Below, piece by piece: positions 60,962 to 64,000 of a stretch of DNA of 64,000 nucleotides. The translations under genes were made by a program, and so were the position numbers. The notes under the pieces are model-generated. The model made no database searches. It saw only the letters and a list, made by a program, of their open reading frames with translations, and was not told the DNA's origin. This stretch comes from Squalus acanthias (taxonomy: Eukaryota): the NCBI GenBank assembly GCA_030390025.1, contig CM059432.1, positions 8,928,001 to 8,992,000 on the forward strand, written 5' to 3'. Positions within the stretch are counted from its first letter, which is position 1; each line of letters begins with the position of its first letter.

Positions 60962-61705
60962 GGGCCGAAAATTGATCCCGGGACGCGAGAGTACGCACTG
61001 CATACTCTCGCGTATTCCCACTCCAATTGCCGGTTTTCTGCATGCCCTGCGCATGCGCTGAAAACCGGCAATTGCTCTTCCGAAAAGGGGGCGGGGCCTG
61101 GGTGCATCGCGTGCGCGCTACAGGCTGCGCGCACGCTGTGCACTTCATGCTTTGGACGCGCAGGTAAGTAGGGAAGATTTTGGAAATGTAAAAAGGAGGA
61201 GTAAGACCCGCTTTTAAGAAGGTAAGTAGTGAATTAAGTATTTTTTTGAATTTTTTTTTACAGGTATATCTTTTTTATAGACTTTAAAGACAGGTAAGTT
61301 TATTTTTATAACTTTTTAAAAGATTTTAAATTTTTTCAAAAATTTAATTTTTTATTTAAAATGGTTAATTTAATTAACTATACTTATTTTATTAATGTGA
61401 TGGTATTTTTTTAAAATTTAATTGAGGTTTAGCTGTTATTTTGGGGGGGTGTAAGATTCATAAGTCTCACAGCCATGCTGTGAGACTTATGAATGGAAGA
61501 TGGTGTGCTGCCATTGGCTCTAACTGAGTCACGTGATCCCACAGCTCGCACGAATTCACTACGCCGCTGGGATACGCAAGCCCAGCACAGCTGATGTCTG
61601 GAACATCAAGTTCGTGCGAGCTGGATCAGAAAAAGCATAAGCGAGGTGAGACATCGCGGGGAAGGCTTACCCCCGCGGGAACAGAGCGAGATCAATTTCT
61701 GGGCC
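60962..61705 (+). mobile_element. 744-bp Harbinger-like MITE, second copy of the 37582 family
   Basis: Collinear with 37582..38325 and the same length; TIR gggccgaaaattgatc / gatcaatttctgggcc; TSD AAT. Confidence 0.9.
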
Positions 61706-63114
61706 AATGTCACTGCTCTCTCTTAACTAATTAGAGAAATATAAGCCGAGAAATTACATCTTTTTTTAAAATGTGTTCTCTGGATGCGGGCAAGGCGGGA
61801 TTTTATTGCCCATCCCTAGTTGGCGCTGAGAAGAATGTGGTTAGTGATATTAACAGACAAGCATTTGGTGCATTTCTAGCTCCTATTTCAATGGGGACAT
61901 TAACCCATTTAAAATAAGGGATTGATGTCTCTGTTTATATATAGCTGGAGAATGCCTACAGAAAGTGTTCAGCATCTGTCTGCTAATACAAGAGAAGTCA
62001 TTTCTAGGCCAGAAATTCTTTTCCCCGCAACCCTGGGACTTATTCGTTCTAATAAATCTCTCCCTGTCAGTACAAGAAAGATATCTGAACGCAAACAAAA
62101 TGTTGAATCTACTTCTTCCTTATCCGAATCACAGATCAGTGTTGCTGGGAATCAGTGTAAATTTACACATACCATTTAAGCCGACACTTCCTGATTTTAT
62201 TAAACTGTCACTTTAAAGCAGTCATGTTCACTGAGACAGCCTCTGGGCAAACAACTCCTAAACCTACATTTAGGAAGGCTGTCAGAGAAAATATTTCCAA
62301 CAATCGTTTTAATATCTGCAGAAATGGAACTAATGGATGAAAAGAAAAAACAAATGTGTGGCTATTTCTGTAACCATTTACATGGGCGTAGAGAGTATTT
62401 TATATACAGTGGGATTCCGTTGTATGCAGTCGTTCAGGATGATAGACAAAAGCTCCATAAACCAGGCGTGTACTGAGCATGTCCGACTGTAGCATTATCA
62501 GGGACCCCATTCTGTTGCCAATATGCACATTTTGAGCAATTTATCAGGAATTTGCTTCGATCCAGTTATATTTCTGAGGATTTTAAAAAATTCATTCACA
62601 GGATGTGGGCGTCGCTGGCAAGTCCAGCATTTATTGCCCATCCCTAATTGAGAAGGTGGTGGTGAGCTGCCGTCTTGAACCGCTGCAGTCTGTGAGGTGA
62701 AGGTACTCCTACAGTGCTGTTAGGGAGGGAGTTCCAGGATTTTGACCCAGCGGCGATGAAGGAACGGCCAATATACTTCTAAGTCAGGATGGTGTGTGAC
62801 TTGGAGGAGAAATTGGAGGTGATGGGGTTTCCATGCGCCTGCTGCCCTTGTCCTTCCAGGCAGTAGAGGTCGCGGGTTTGATTTAACTATATCTTGACAT
62901 TACATTTGGATTGCATTGGGTTGAAAGATTAGAATCCGGGATCATTTTACTGTTTTAGCCATTTTGTTGTTAAAGGTATATTATTTGTCTTCACCTTTGT
63001 ATTATATTGTTTCAATACATGTCAGCACGTTGGCAGGATGGTAAAAGCAGACACAGATAAGAATTTTTTACAGTGACCTTAGATATTAACTCTGTAATGA
63101 GGAATTGCTACAGC

Positions 63115-63289
63115 CAATGTTCCCTTTAAGCTGCGCCACTGCACGGCCACACAGTGCTCTGGAGCTCCTGCGCAGCCGGATCACCAGCTTTTAAATGGAA
63201 AAAACCGCACTTGCGTGGAATTTTGAATGGGCCGCTTCGCCCATTAAAGGGGCCGCGCAGCCCATTCAAAAAAATTAGAGAGAACATTG
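63115..63289. mobile_element. hAT-type MITE, same family as 25847..25996 in opposite orientation
   Basis: TIR caatgttccc / gagaacattg; degenerate 8-bp flanks gctacagc / tttccagc. Confidence 0.7.
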
Positions 63290-63316
63290 TTTCCAGCCCA
63301 GGTAGACATATTCAAT

Positions 63317-64000
63317 GGCCCGTATTTTCCGATCGGAGGCTTCCTGTGTGCGGAGGCCTCCGATCTGGAAAAAATCTACGGACTTACCTGAGGGCTCCCG
63401 AGGTACGTATACTTCCGCTCCTGGGCCTCTCCAACTTGAAATGCGCAGGGCCCACGTGGGCCATGGGGAGCCAATAGGAGAAGGGAACCTCCCTTCATAC
63501 ACTTGACAGATAGACCTGTCAAATATATGAATGGAGATCACCCCAAAAACACTGTAAAACACTTTTAAAATGAGTTGAAATTACAATAAATTAAATAATT
63601 TAAACAAAAATTTAATTTTTTGAAAAAAATAATTAAAGTTTTTTACGGGGCTAAAAATAATCGTACCTTTTTTAGAGCATTTTTAAATGATAAATGAGAT
63701 TTTTTTTTTTTTTTACTTTTTTTCAACTCTTATGCTGGTAAAAGCAGGCCTTACGCCTGTTTTTACCAGGCATAAGATTTCTAAGGGTTTTCAGCGGGCG
63801 GAGGGACTCCAGAAAGCGGAACTATCCGCCCGCAGAGGCCCTTCTCCAGGGCAGGCATCCGATCTGTCAAGAGCAGTCTTGACTGATCGGAAATGCCAGT
63901 TTTCAGCGCATGCGCTTGGCATGCCTGAAACCGGCATTTCCGATGTCCCTACGGGTGAGTACACAGTCCGTACACACCCATAGGGATCGGAATATACGGC
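63317..64000 (-). mobile_element. Diverged relative of the 744-bp MITE family, running to the window edge
   Basis: Preceded by AAT; TIR ggcccgtattttccgatc / gatcggaatatacggc(end of window). Shares the tttcagcgcatgcgc...gcatgc...aaaccggca block and subterminal hairpin in reverse orientation. Confidence 0.7.

Overview
Vertebrate genomic DNA, very likely a shark (Chondrichthyes), judged from the HE1/V-SINE, Deu-domain SINE and CR1 repeat content. The window holds ten coding exons of one + strand type II classical cadherin gene (1244..56069; 2136 nt, 711 aa plus stop, all GT-AG, phases consistent). The first coding exon (signal peptide, prodomain, start of EC1) lies upstream of the window. Diagnostic residues favour CDH19 over its close paralogue CDH7. 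Introns are dominated by decayed or truncated elements: CR1, L2, a second CR1/L2-group LINE with related tRNA-headed SINE-like derivatives, Deu-SINEs, one V-SINE, Penelope-derived pieces with minimal hammerhead ribozyme motifs, PIF/Harbinger relics and MITEs, and hAT-type MITEs. Highlights: a 166-bp near-perfect palindrome with a 12-bp target duplication and a minimal hammerhead on each strand; a series of tRNA-headed elements that look like independent internal deletions of a tRNA-headed LINE; a 744-bp MITE family with promoter-like motifs and clustered splice donors; a multi-layer nested insertion stack; and a probable local template-switch duplication. Repeat boundaries are approximate unless TIRs/TSDs are quoted. 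Family names and protein comparisons come from memory, not a database search.
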